64,000 bases of DNA from Macrostomum lignano (Eukaryota). Location: NCBI GenBank assembly GCA_002269645.1, contig NIVC01000900.1, forward strand, positions 62,001 to 126,000, in the 5' to 3' direction. Positions 36,743 to 64,000 of the stretch are shown one piece after another. How positions within the stretch are numbered: position 1 is the stretch's first letter; the number at the start of each line of letters is the position of its first letter. Under the pieces are notes generated by a model. That model searched no databases and was not told where the DNA came from. It saw only the letters and a program-made list of their open reading frames with translations. The position numbers and the translations under genes were made by a program.

Positions 36743-39700
36743 TTATCGCAGTGCCTGAGGATACACCAGATTCCTTGTTCTCCCCCTGGGAGCAAGGATG
36801 AAGAGGCCAGCTGGAGTTCCAACGCGTGAGCATGCAACATAAAGTTGGCCATGTGAGAAGCAGGGTGACTCCAAGTTGATTCCGGCCACCTTTAGCGACT
36901 GTCCTTGGGCTTTGTTGATGGTCATGGCAAAGCAGACCTTCACTGGGAACTGTACTCGCTTGAATTGAAAAGGCAGGTCCGATGGAATAATTGGATTCTT
37001 GGAATAAACACAGACTGCCCTTTGCCGGATCCTGTCACGATTGTTGCCTCAATCACATTCGGAAAGAGTTGCTTGACGATCAGCCTGGTGCCGTTACATA
37101 GCTTTGGGGCATTCAAATTGCGCAGTAGCATAATTGGTGCACCCACTTTTAACTGGAGGTTGTGCGATGGCGTTCCAGGAGGCTCTAGAGAGTTCAAGAA
37201 CTCAATTGGAAACTCCACAGCATTGTCATCAGTCATTGTTGTGTCAATTGACTTGTAGCTGGTGGTATTGCCAGGCAGCTCATTGAGCAGCTGAGAGTTG
37301 ATACCATTAGCTGCGTCATTCCTGGGACACAAAATGGCTCTCTCTGACAGCCAGTTAATGTCAGAAAATCTGTGCGACAGGTTTAGGTAAACCTTAGCCT
37401 TGAGCTCCTGCACAGAAGAGACGATTGTACCGAATGCAGCAATTGGTGACAGCCCATCCTCAGGGCTGACCTCCAGTTGGCCATCACCAATTCGCAAAAG
37501 ATTGATAGAAAACTGATGAGCCGTTTCATCGCCATAAACTGCAGCCCTCATGTTGGTTCGCAAGTGCAGCTTCTCAACTGATGGCCACAGATGCGAAGAT
37601 TTGAGGCAAGCATTAATCTCATCGGCTGGGGTGCCACGCGGAATTACAGGCAACGTCTGTCTAAAGTCTCCAGAGAGCAGCAGGGTGACACCACCCATTA
37701 GCTGGTTGTTGCTGCGCAGATCCTTCAGCGTCAGGTTAAGTGCTTCAAAAGCCAGTTTGTGGGACATGGTACACTCATCCCAAACAATAAGCTTGCAGGC
37801 TTGTAATACTCTGGCAGTGCCGCTGTTCTTCTTTATGTTGCACAGGGGATTTTCAACTCTTGACAGATCAAGTGGCAGTTTTAGTGCTGAGTGAGCAGTG
37901 CGACCACCTGGAAGTAGCGTGGCTGCGATTCCAGAGGAGGCGACAGCAATTGCAATATCGCCTCCGTGTCTAACCTTTGACAGAAGGAGGTTGATCAGAA
38001 AAGTCTTTCCTGTCCCCCCGGAGCATCCAGGAAAAGTATTCCTCCTAAATTGTCATTCACTCTTCGCAGTACCTCTTGGTACGCCTCTGCCTGCTCAGGT
38101 AGTAGGCGGGGCTCATTTTCCTCAATGAACTGGCGGAGCTGCTCGCGGTCAAAGCTAGTTTCTCGCAGCATCTCCCTACTCAAATTCTCTTGTTGATGCC
38201 TTGCAGGTGTTGGAAGTCCAAAAATATGCAAGGGACGATCCGTCAGTTCTAAAACCTTGTCCTCAATGCGCAGCAAGGCCTCGTTGAATACTGCCTCTGT
38301 GAAGGGCAATTCCTGCTCCTGTAGCAACTGTCGCGCCCGATGGAGAATATCCTCAGCCATATCTTCCTTGAAGTCTTCCCAAAGCTGAAGAGGATTAGAA
38401 AGACCACAGGTGGCAATCAGAATAGCAAAGAGGTCTCGCATTTGGCCTGCTGAGCGCACCACAGATGCTTCTTGCATTGTGCTTCTCCACTGCGCGTCGT
38501 CTTCTAGTAGCCCCATTCGATGACACGCTTCTTGATAAGTTAAGCAGATCTGACCTTCTACCGTCTTGATGTGCTGGAATGACAACGGGCCAACTACATT
38601 GTGTAGTAGCATGCGCAGATAAAAACACTCGCGATGATTTGGGTGCACCGTGTAGACTCTGGACAGTGCATCTGTTTGCCGCATTCCTGGATGGCCTGGA
38701 ACTGCAGCTCCTTGAACTCGTCGTTTCCAACTTTTCGAAGAGGCGTTCCACGTGTAGTATGTAGGTACCTGATGGTATAGTAAGGTTCTGGCAAAGGCAT
38801 CTTCAGCACACAACTTAAAAAAGGCAGTGAGTGTAGTGTCCGGTGGTCGCTGACCTCGCTGCATCATGTTTTGCTCGGTGAAGTACACTCTTTGACCATT
38901 CTCCAAGTGCACGCTGAGGTGCACTACGGTTGGGTGGCGTTCATGAATTGAGAAACCAAAAATTCGCCACATTGCTTCATTTGAGCTGATGTACCGTCCA
39001 CTCTCGTAGCGAGCCACCTCATCGCGCTCAGCTCCTTGCCTTTCAAGGCCAAACACTGCCTGGTCGCTGCCCTTGTTGACATACTTGCAAATGTACTTGA
39101 TTGACTTGACTGAGTTGCAGTATTCAACATTGATGTGTGCGTTGAACACTTTCGACAGGAGTGGGCAGTAGGGAACGACCCACCTGTTGTCCAAATTCAC
39201 CTCCTCAGTCTGTCCATTTGCACGTAGGATTATTGGAAAGGTGAAGCCACCGTCCTCAGGTGACCTTCTTCGATACAACGGGTATCCATCTTCGCCGGTC
39301 ACTGTCTCGCGCAGCAGAGCCTTGGGAAATTTCTTGGAGCAACGGCCATCTACCATGCAAGGCGAATCTGGCTTCAGACGGCCGCATGGTCCATGAATCA
39401 TCTGCCTAGTGACGATTTGGTAGAGCTGAGGGTCCTCGTCTGGATCAGGAATCTCAGCGCGGATAACGCTATCAATTTGATTCGGCCTAATCCGGTTCCG
39501 TAGCCAAATCAGAATATGCGCGTGTGGCAGTCCCCGTTTCTGCCATTCGATCGTGTACATGTCGCATCTAGTAGGCCCAAAGATAGCTCCTTTGGTAATG
39601 AATTCCATCAGTTGTTTCAATTTCAGTTGAAAAACTCGGGCCACTAAGTCGTGTCTATCCTGACTTTGCTGTCCCGGCATGAGCTCTGATTTAAGCTCAT

Positions 39701-41735
39701 TCCATGCACTGTTGCAGGTGAAAGTAATAAAGAGGTCGGGGCGACCGTACTTTCTTACGTAAGTCATGGCGTCTTGTGTACGCTCATGCATGTAGCGTGG
39801 GCCACCAGTAAATGAAGAGGGCAAAATAACCATTTGGCCAATTTCATTCGGATTTCTCTCTCCGGCAATAGCGTCTCGAAGATGAATGTACTCTTCCACT
39901 CTAAGCTTCTTTTGGTTAAAGCGGATGAAATTCAGTCTCTCGCACTCAATTTTAGCGTACATGTCCACAGCAAACTGCAGCAGTAGCTTTCGACACCGAA
40001 GAATGCAGTTGAAACTTCCTTCACGAACCATGAGCCGATAAGCGTAGAAGTCCATTGCCGACACTTTATTTGTGGCTGATGGATTTCCGGTGCGAATGTC
40101 AGTCTGTCGGATATCGAAATGATATCCGTCTTCGCCTTCCCAGAAAATAAGAGGGTACTGCAGAGCATCATACCCCCTGTGCATCTCAGATATCCTGGTT
40201 AACTGGCTGCTTCGCAGTTCCAAAACAATGTCTCGCTTTTCAAACTGTTGACCAACAATTTGAATGGCAACGTCGTCAACAACAGGTGCATTGAATCTTC
40301 TTTCGTGTTGGCCAGCAGGCGTCTTAGTTGCGTGAATGACAACTCTAAGTTCCTCTACATTTGGAGGTAGCCGCTCCATAGCAGTTTTGAAATCGCGCAC
40401 ATACTTGTTATGCGCATGCATAATTTCCTGTAGCTCGAAAACAATGTTAGGTCGCACACCTGGAGCAATCCTACATCGGCGCTCAACTTCTTCGTGGCTG
40501 TCTCCCATGAAGTAGATCTGCAGGAACTTTGGCTCCTCTCCTTGCAGCGGCAGCAACGATCCCACCAGATGGTACACCTGCCCTTGGACTTTAAAAGTAG
40601 GCATGAAGCCTGGCTCTTCAACTATTCTTTCAGCTCCGAAAGAAGTGAACTGAAAACAGCTATTGTATCGTCGAATGTTGGACAGAAAATGATCCGATTC
40701 CTCAGAGTTACCCAGCAACAAATGGCGAAGATAGTCTGGTAGATTCTCATTCAGAGGAGTGAGTCTGACTTTTCCATTGCTACAGCACATGCCAGGTGTC
40801 TCATTTGCCCACCTCAACGCATTGCAATGCTGACATTTCTTCGACATTCTTTCGATAGCAAGCTTTGGGTGGCTGCTATAAACAAAAGTAGGATCATAAT
40901 TTAGAGCAAAGCTTAGGGCCCAAGGAGGTGGTCCAATTGCTTGCTCAGATTCGTCATGGGCAACATCTTGCTCAATAAATCGATAGGCCGCAGTGCGTTC
41001 TCTGTGGCGTCTTCGATCGTCTTCACGGCGCACTCCAGCTTCACCCGTCGTTTCATTACGTCGTGCCTCTGCGGTCTGATCTCTGTCCCGCTCCTGTCGT
41101 TGCTGAGTCTGGACAGTCGTTTCATTGCGTCGTGCCTCTGCAGTCTGATCTCTGTCCCGTTCCTGTCGTTGCTGAGTCTGGACAGTCGTTTCATTGCGTC
41201 GTGCCTCTGCGGTCTGATCTCTGTTACGTTCCTGCCGCTGCTGAGTCTGGACAGTCGTTTCATTGCGTCGTGCCTCTGCAGTCTTATCTCTGTCCCGTTC
41301 CTGTCGTTGCTGAGTCTGGACAGTCGTTTCATTGCGTCGTGCCTCTGCTGTCTGATCTCTGTTACGTTCCTGCCGCTGCTGTGTCTGGACAGTCGTTTCA
41401 TTGCGTCGTGCCTCGGCTGTTTGTTGTCTTTTTTGTTCACGTCGTCTTTCTTCCCAATTTGCAGCCCTGAGAGGAAACTGTGTACCTCCAGTTCCATCGG
41501 AAGTGCTGGCGCCGGCTGCTGATGTCGATGATCTTGTCGGTGGTCGAAGGCTTCTTTTCTGGGCTTGTTCTTCTACCGCACTTGCACTCGATCTGGCCTG
41601 GGCAGAGCTACCTGTGTTGTCTGCTTCCTCTGTGCCATGCGATGTTCCTGCTTCAGCCGCATTGCTTTGCCTTGCAGATCTCAATCGTCTAGCTGCTGCA
41701 GTGAAACGACCCAATGCGCTTTTCTTTGGAGGCAT
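36743..41735 (-). CDS. Helitron RepHel transposase (HUH Rep + PIF1-family SF1 helicase), about 1664 aa, interrupted by two 1-nt frameshifts
   Basis: Zn-finger-like CQHCNALRWANETPGMCCSNG; Rep motifs FITFTCN, IEWQKRGLPHAHIL (HUH) and KYICKYVNKG; Walker A DAPGG[T]GKT; IVWDE; GDFRQTLP; FAMTINKAQGQSL; HGQLYVACSRV. ORFs 41735-37995, 37767-36940 (frame open from 38013) and 36943-36743 join if one base is added near 38014-38019 and one near 36993. Confidence 0.95.
41060..41420 (-). repeat. 69-bp (23-aa) coding tandem repeat in the RepHel N-terminus
   Basis: TAEARRNETTVQTQQRQER[N/D]RDQ, five copies plus a partial; period 69 (41111 to 41180). Confidence 0.92.
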
Positions 41736-42341
41736 TTTAATTTTTAAGTGCCTTTAAATAGGACTTAGTGTTACAAATTCCATTTTTTTGTGATTAATTC
41801 AGGAATCAGGATTGCATCGTATCGCTTTTTGTACCACCGTACAACTATGCTAGTCTTATCGATTGCCATCTTCCTCATCCACTGCTAAACTGTAGGGTTA
41901 GACTTAGACCTGTACGAATTGTAGGTCAGGGATTAGCAGGGACGGATTTAGGGAGGAGGGCGAAGCGCGCAACCCTGGTCAGTTTTGTGTATCCCAGATA
42001 AAAGATGTGTGCATTCCCCCATTGGAAATTTCTCTATCCGCTCCTGGGGGTTAGAATTTCTCACCAAACTGTCCTTCGCTATCGATCTGTGCCTCCAACA
42101 TGGTCCGCGCTTTCGTCCCCTTGGAGCCAGCGGAGGCGACTCCCTACTGGGGGTAAATGGACCATATCTTCCCTGCCAAAGAACTATCCACGGCAGCCCA
42201 GCCTATCTGTAGCCTATAGCCAGCAGTGTCCCTTGGGCATGCAAGGAAGGCCAAAAATAATGTCATTCCAGTACAGTGTACACTAAGCCCTACCCCCTGT
42301 TCTGGGGGAATGAGTGCGTGAGCGGCCTGGCCTTTCCCATC

Positions 42342-44238
42342 CAAGCTGTTGAACTTGCAGAGTTAGGCCTACACAGATGAAGGAGGAGATGTAGAAAATG
42401 TCAGTAGAAAATATCAGAATTAGCACAGTGGTTAAAATTTCTCGCTAAACTGCCATCTTATAGCCTCTTCACTGGGGTAGAGAGAATTCAAGTTGTTCGA
42501 AACACTGTACATTGTTGCGTTGCGTGCACACTGACCCTGGTATGGGGAAATGAGTGAGAGCTGCTTGCTCTCCTTCTGCTGTACTGTACTGCACTCAATC
42601 TGGCATTTAAATTTTTTATTTTAAGTGGCTTTAAGTAAAACTTAATAAGAAATGTTAAAATTTGCATTTTTGTACTTGCATTTGCACTTAGTCAGTAGAA
42701 CTATATCTATATCGCTTTTTCAGAGATTTTTTGATCAAGTTTGTCAAGTTTGAATTCAATCGCTTCATGTGGAGCAAACTTATGACAGCCGAAAGTTGGT
42801 CTATTTTAAAACCTTTTCCACATCTCGCCAGATGTTGGGGTGGCTCCCTCTCCTGCTCATATTCTCTGCTCTCCTTAACCCCCTCGTCTCTCGCGTTATC
42901 TTCTATCGTTTCTCTTCGCCCCCTCTCGCCCCTACTCCCTTTCTAATAGTCTATTCCTTTTCCTTTTCACTCTCATCTGGCCCGCAGCCATGGGCTGGAT
43001 TCTTTATCTGGCCTTTGAGATAAAAATCTGCCAATCCCTGCTTCAAAAGCCAGTTTGTGGAATTGTGGGACGTAGTACTCGCATGGCTGTTATCATTTCT
43101 TATCCTTTAATCACGTCATCTTTCTGGCCAATTAGCAGCCCTTGAGAGAAATTTGTGTATCTCCAGCTCCACCACCAAAGTCTGCACTCTGCAGCAGTCT
43201 AACAACCAAGGGAAATACGCATTTCTTAGGAGCCATTTAAATTTTAAAGTTACCTTATGCGAATTTTAATGTTAAAAGCTTCATGCTGTAACTAACTGAT
43301 TTAGTAGAATTGCATTGTAATCAGTTGTTATTCATTTATTTTTCGCTATTTTTACAAACCATCCCACATTGTCTTGACTCTTGATTTGCCATCCACAGTT
43401 AAACTGCTGCAGACTTGTCTATACAGAGGACAGTGGTTTGAATCTCTCGCTAAACTGTCTCTCCTCTCCACGCCTCTCTAATCGTCTAATCGTGGTCGCG
43501 GGGTACAGAGAAGGCTATTAAAAAGTTATTCCAAAACACTGTACACTCGCTATGTACATTGAGCCCTATCGCCTGACCCTTCGCGTCTGAGCTGGGGGAA
43601 TGAGTGAGTGAGCGGCACAAACAACAGAAAAAGCAGACAAACTTCACATGCTTACAGTTTGCGTCCTGTTTGAGATACAGAGTTGAGACTTTACATTTAG
43701 ACAGAGAATGAATCAAAGAAGAATTGGGTTAAGTTAGAAATCAATCGCTTTACGTGGAGCAAACTTATGGCAGCTGAAAGTTAGTCAATTTTGAAACCCT
43801 TTTACACATCTGGGCCCAGATCGGGAAAGAGAGGCAGGCGAGCGGAGGTTGGGGTGGTTGCTACGCTGAAAAAACAGCCTAACTTTAAAAGTGCACAGCA
43901 CCGCTCAGGATTAACTTTAAGACTCGAAATTTTACACGATTGTGTCAAAATAGTTGAAAATTGCCTGTGTCAAATTTGAAGAGAATCGGTAGAAGTGGAG
44001 CGGCGCTATGGAGGATTTAGTGAAAAAATCGCGCATTTTGAGCAGTTTTTTGTACTTTTAGGTAGGAAGACTTGAGTCTAGGAAATTAAAAGGTAGCCTA
44101 AGACATTCTCCGTAGTAAGTTTAGGGTGGGTGTAAAGTTTGGTGTAATTTGGTTGAGCGGTTTGGGAGTCCATAGCGATCAAAATTGTCCACACACAGAC
44201 ACACAGACAGACAGAGTTTTGATTTTTATATGTAGAGA
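42342..44238 (-). mobile_element. Non-autonomous Helitron copy C with rearranged, degenerate 3' part
   Basis: 5' A|TCTCTACATATAAAAATC at 44238. 42945-44238 closely matches copy A 34705-35954, including the same deletion junction near 43085. A 12-nt terminal remnant caagctgttgaa lies at 42342-42353 without the hairpin. Confidence 0.8.
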
Positions 44239-45248
44239 TATACTAAAGATCCAGACACATGCCTCGATCTGTGTTCTTTTATAAGTAGGAACTCAATGAG
44301 CAACCCTTGTATGTAAAATTTTAGCCAATGAGATAACAGCTTGCCTCAAGTCTTTGCATTTAGAACCAAAATGGCTTATCAGTTGTCTATCAATCTCTTG
44401 CAAATGAGGGACAGCCAACTAGAGGTTAATAATTGTAAAGATGAGATTTTACTAATTTCTGCACTTAGTATAATTCTAATCAATACAGGTGCTCATGGTT
44501 AAAGTTTACATGAACCTATCACATGTTTTCTAACATTGACTAGCTATCTGAGAGAGAGGGAGAGAGAGAGAGCCATGTTTTGTTTCAGAAATAATGCAAT
44601 TGACTTTTAAAGTATAAACACAAATATTTCTAAGCTTTTTAATTCAGTGGGTTCAAAATCTATGCATTTATCAACAACTTACATTTGTATATTTATAAAT
44701 CACAAGGTAAGCCTTTCATTTAAGGATCTTTTATAACATTTCACATGTAATTAAAATAACAACAAGGCAGTAAAGCATTTCTTGTCTATTGTCTATTGGC
44801 TCTTCTTAATTTCAAAGCCATAATAAAGAAAAATGTCATGCAAAATAACTAGAAGGAAAGTCAATCATTTTAGTATCTAGGCCTAACAAATCAAATAGTA
44901 ATTAATTGTTAATATATTTTTTCATAATATTTGTTCTAAAATTACATTTTAAAACTAATTTATTAGTCTAGCCTTGCATTTTTATATTCATTTGTTAAGT
45001 TAGCATCTGATAATGAAATTTTCTGCTACATTTTTCAAGAATTCTATAGACTATAATAAGTGTTGTATGGAGACTATGTCAAATGTCTTATTAAACTCTT
45101 ATGCTATATATTACAAATAATTAAAACTTTAACTTTCATGCCAACTCTGAACTTGGTGTCAACTATCTTCTGCATAATCTAATCTTGAAAAGGCTGTTGG
45201 AACACACTATTTTAGTATTTATAGTTGTTCGATATAAGCCAGTTATTT

Positions 45249-45272
45249 CACTAACAAGTTCAATTTCACTAG
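45249..45272 (+). promoter_or_regulatory. 3' splice site upstream of the WDR47 start codon (branch point CACTAAC, then tttcactAG)
   Basis: CACTAAC at 45249-45255 and AG at 45271-45272, 10 nt before the ATG. Confidence 0.6.
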
Positions 45273-45282
45273 AAGCAACAGT

Positions 45283-60646
<15,364 letters not shown>

Positions 60647-60869
60647 TGATCGCTAGCGCCTGTGCCACCCAACCGACTTTTTGTGTCTATAAACAGAGAC
60701 ATGTGAATTGGGTCTCTTAAACCTCAGTATCAGTTTGCACTTGTTTTGTTTCCATTTTTAGACAGCTTATTTAGCATATTTGAGAATACCATTTGTCATT
60801 TGTGTCATTCACGTCAGTCAGTCACGAAATGAGTTCGTGTCATTTGTGAATGAATGAAGCCATTCTAAA

Positions 60870-61110
60870 GCATCTGGTGCCATTTTTCAGCAAGTTGTGC
60901 CATTTGTTAGCAAGTGGTGCCATTTGTCAGCGAGTGGTGCCATTTGTCAGCAAGTTGTGCCATTTGTCAGCAAGGGGTGCCATTTGTCAGCGAGTGGTGC
61001 CATTTGTCAGCAAGGGGTGCCATTTGTCAGCAAGGGGTGCCATTTGTCAGCAAGGGGTGCCATTTGTCAGCAAGGGGTGCCCAGTATTCGCTTATTGTGT
61101 CATTTGTTAG
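60870..61110. repeat. 20-bp minisatellite (gtgccatttgtcagcaaggg)n downstream of the WDR47 stop
   Basis: About 11 visible units. Confidence 0.92.
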
Positions 61111-61734
61111 CAAATGGCAAACATAATCACGCAAGATGAGGCACCGATATGCCATTATAATGATTATTGTACTTATTAATCGTTAATAATGTTATTATAA
61201 TGCCTAAAAAGAGGTTTTTATCTTGTTAAAAAAGTAAGCAATAAATTTATGGTCTGTAATTTTTTACAAGGTACATGTTAGCTGTATTTGTCAGTTGCAC
61301 AGATATTTTATTGAGTTTTATTATGTATTTAATTGTTTTGTTATAGTTGAACAAATCTATGTATTGATATCCCGGCTTGTTGATTCCTATTCTGAATATG
61401 AAATATTTTATTGTCTGAGTTTATACGACACAAAAATATGTAATTTTCATAAATGCACTCTTGCTGCAGATGCTGAGTAGTATTCTCCGTGAGTTCGCAA
61501 TTCTCTGGTCGCTTCTGTGCTGCTGCTGCTGCTAAAAGGCTTTCCCCATCTGCTGCCACCTGTTGCTATTCGCAGAAGCTAATTATGTTTTTTTCATATA
61601 TTGTTTTATTGCTATATTAGCTGCTTCTCTTGCGGTCTAAAATCTCTTTAATGTTTCCTTGTGTTGTTTATGTAGACAATGCTTGTTAGACTGTTTGTGT
61701 ACTTTTAGGAGCTTGTCTTGGCTTTGAATGGCTG

Positions 61735-62775
61735 GAAAATCGGCCTTCAAATCCTTAAACTCTATTAATACGTGAAAATCTGCATTGAAAATGTAGTAAA
61801 ACTTTCAATTGGCTTTGAAATGTACAAACATGTTAAAATCAGCCTTCAAATCTTTAATCGTGTGAAAACAGGCCTTCAAATCTGCAAACACTGACCATCG
61901 GCCATCAAAACACTGAAAATCGGCCTTTAAGTCTAGTAAAACTTTAAATCGGCCTTCAAATCTGTAAACACTAAAAAATCAGCTTTCAAATCTTCAAAAA
62001 CTGAAAATAGGCCTTCAAATTTAAACACTTTAAATCGGCCTTCAAATCTGTAAACACTAAAAATCGGCTTTCAAATCTGTAAAAGACTGGAAATCGGCCT
62101 TTAAATCTGTAAACACAAAAAATCGGCCTTCAAATCAAAGAAACTGAAAATCGGCCTTTAAATCTGTAGAGACTGGAAATCGGCCTTTAAATCTGTGAAC
62201 ACTTAAAATCGGCCTTTAAATCTGTGAACACTGAAAATCGGCTTTCAAATCTGTAAACACTTAAAATCGGCTTTCAAATCCATAAACACAAAAAATCGGC
62301 CTTCAAACCCGTAGACACTAAAAATCGGCCTTCAAATCTGTAGACACTGAAAATCGGCCTTCAAACCCGTAGACACTAAAAATCGGCCTTCAAATCTGTA
62401 GACACTGAAAATCGGCCTTCAAATCTGTAGACACTAAAAATCAGCCTTCAAATCCGTAGATACTAAAAATCGGCCTTCAAATCCGTAGACACTAAAAATC
62501 GGCCTTCAAATCCGTAGACACTAAAAATCGGCCTTCAAATCCGTAGATACTAAAAATCGGCCTTCAAATCCGTAGACACTAAAAATCGGCCTTCAAATCC
62601 GTAGATACAAAAAATCGGCCTTCAAATCCGTAGACACTAAAAATCGGCCTTCAAATCCGTAGATACAAAAAATCGGCCTTCAAATCCGTAGACACTAAAA
62701 ATCGGCCTTCAAATCTGTAGACACTAAAAATCGGCCTTTGAATCTAATAAACTTTAAACTCAGCCTTCAAATTGT
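61735..62775. repeat. 29-bp minisatellite (aaaaatcggccttcaaatccgtagacact)n
   Basis: Period 29 (62465 to 62494). Confidence 0.93.
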
Positions 62776-63639
62776 TTCACGCGTACCAATCAGCACAGGC
62801 AGTAAAAATTTCAACAGCAAGTCAAATCAGAGGTTTCTGCTGTCATCCGCGATCCGCACCGTTGCTTCCAAAACCTTTAATATTTGACTGTAATTGTTAC
62901 AAGGTTCAAAGTAGTTGTTTTTAGCAAATACCAATCTGCTGTGAGTTGATTAACTTTTGATTCTCGGTATTTAATTGTTGTTTTACTATTAGTAAATTAT
63001 ATGTAATTGATTGTGAATATTGCAATTAATATTTTCAATTCTTGTCTCAACATTGGGACCATATAAATTCAATTTTGCAAAGATATAATGCACCACATCT
63101 ATTCCATTCAAAAAATGCCTAACTTCAGATGCATCCTACTTCTAGTACTAAAAAAGTATAACTGGAATTTTGAATGATAAACGGCTGAAAATTTGCTTTT
63201 TTATTGCTTAGGGTGATGGAGCGCGTGTTGCTTTTGCTTTCAAGCTACTTGTAAGTAGTGTCTATGGTGTATTGGTGTGTGCGCGTTTTCAGCCTGTGAT
63301 TTTTTCACACCCGTTTCTCGCTGGGTTTTTATGAGTGAGTATCCCAAATATATGAATTCTGATTTGTATTGCGAAATATTAACTAATATTTATCTATACA
63401 TTTTAATATTATATATTTATATTACTATTGAATTACCTATATTATCTACTATGAGTATCTGCTTTTTGTATAAATAAATAAAATTATGAACAGAATGAAC
63501 TTTTTTGTATGTCCTGAAAGTCAATTTGGGTCCACGAAATATATGGTTTGCATAACTGATCTGCGAATTTTTTTAATTTTTATTACTGTTTAAGGGTATG
63601 CGGCACAGCAACTCCATCAACTCACTAGCCGCATCTCAC

Positions 63640-64000
63640 TCTCTGAATCTTAACGTCTCCATCTCACCCTCTCAACCTCACCCTCTCAATCTTACCCCTC
63701 CCATCTCACCCTCTCAATCTTACCCCCTCCATCTCACCCTCCGTCTCACTCAATCACCACCTCCATCTCACCCTCCCATCTCACCCTCTCAATCTCCCCC
63801 TCCCAACTCACCCTCTTAATCTTACCCTTCCATCTCAACCTCCCAACTCACCCTCTCAATGTTACCCCCTTCATCTCAACCTCCCCATCTCAACTTCCCA
63901 TCTCTGCACCCTCCCAGTCGTACCCCCTCCATCTCAGCCTCTTCTCTCACCATCTCAAACTCACTGTCCCCTATCTCACCCTCTCAATCTCACTGTCCCC
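63640..64000. repeat. C/T-rich degenerate repeat (catctcaccctctcaat)n, runs off the right edge
   Basis: Visible recurring units. Confidence 0.8.

Larger units (their letters stand above)
35955..42341 (-). mobile_element. Helitron copy B (autonomous type); 3' end CTTG at 35955; own 5' TC terminus not found
   Basis: Contains the RepHel ORF. Subterminal hairpin gttgaaa-cccgcggat-tttcaac at 35961-35983, 6 nt from the end; second inverted repeat ccggg...cccgg near 35984-36004. The 3' ~130 bp is shared with copies A and D. Confidence 0.85.

Noticed and set aside
38008-38022. Programmed -1 frameshift at G GGG GGA in the helicase Walker A motif
   Set aside because: An all-G slippery site is atypical, and a second single-base homopolymer loss at 36993 points to sequencing error or decay.
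37550-41760. Antisense and alternative-frame ORFs over the Helitron gene (and likewise over the piggyBac gene)
   Set aside because: Shadow ORFs expected from a long GC-balanced coding sequence; no independent motifs.
34705-44238. LTR-retrotransposon interpretation of the about 1.25-kb direct repeats flanking the large ORF
   Set aside because: No TG...CA ends, primer-binding site, polypurine tract or gag/pol were seen. The repeats carry Helitron 5' termini and RepHel remnants.

Overview
Animal genomic DNA with standard GT-AG introns. GC-rich exons, poly-Q/poly-A tracts and introns filled with minisatellites resemble a flatworm such as Macrostomum, but that is an inference. Two divergently transcribed multi-exon genes were reconstructed by hand with consistent splice phases. 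An FNDC3-like fibronectin type III gene lies on the - strand: ATG at 28144, 9 exons visible, about 913 codons, continuing off the left edge. A complete WDR47-like LisH/CTLH/WD40 gene lies on the + strand: 45283-60646, 8 exons, about 957 aa. The 17 kb between them holds a mariner-type deletion derivative (29105-29807), a small inverted-repeat element and a 12 kb Helitron cluster. The cluster contains one near-intact Rep/PIF1-helicase ORF with two 1-nt homopolymer frameshifts and three internally deleted relatives. These are arranged tail-to-tail and head-to-tail, with a direct CTTG|TC junction and a non-canonical CTTG 3' end. A 2.6 kb piggyBac with an intact 576-aa transposase and asymmetric ends sits in a TTAA of a minisatellite in WDR47 intron 4. 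Several arrays of different unit length share an AATCGGCCYTCAAA-like core. Most ORFs in the supplied track are artefacts of tandem repeats. No rRNA, tRNA or CRISPR was found.
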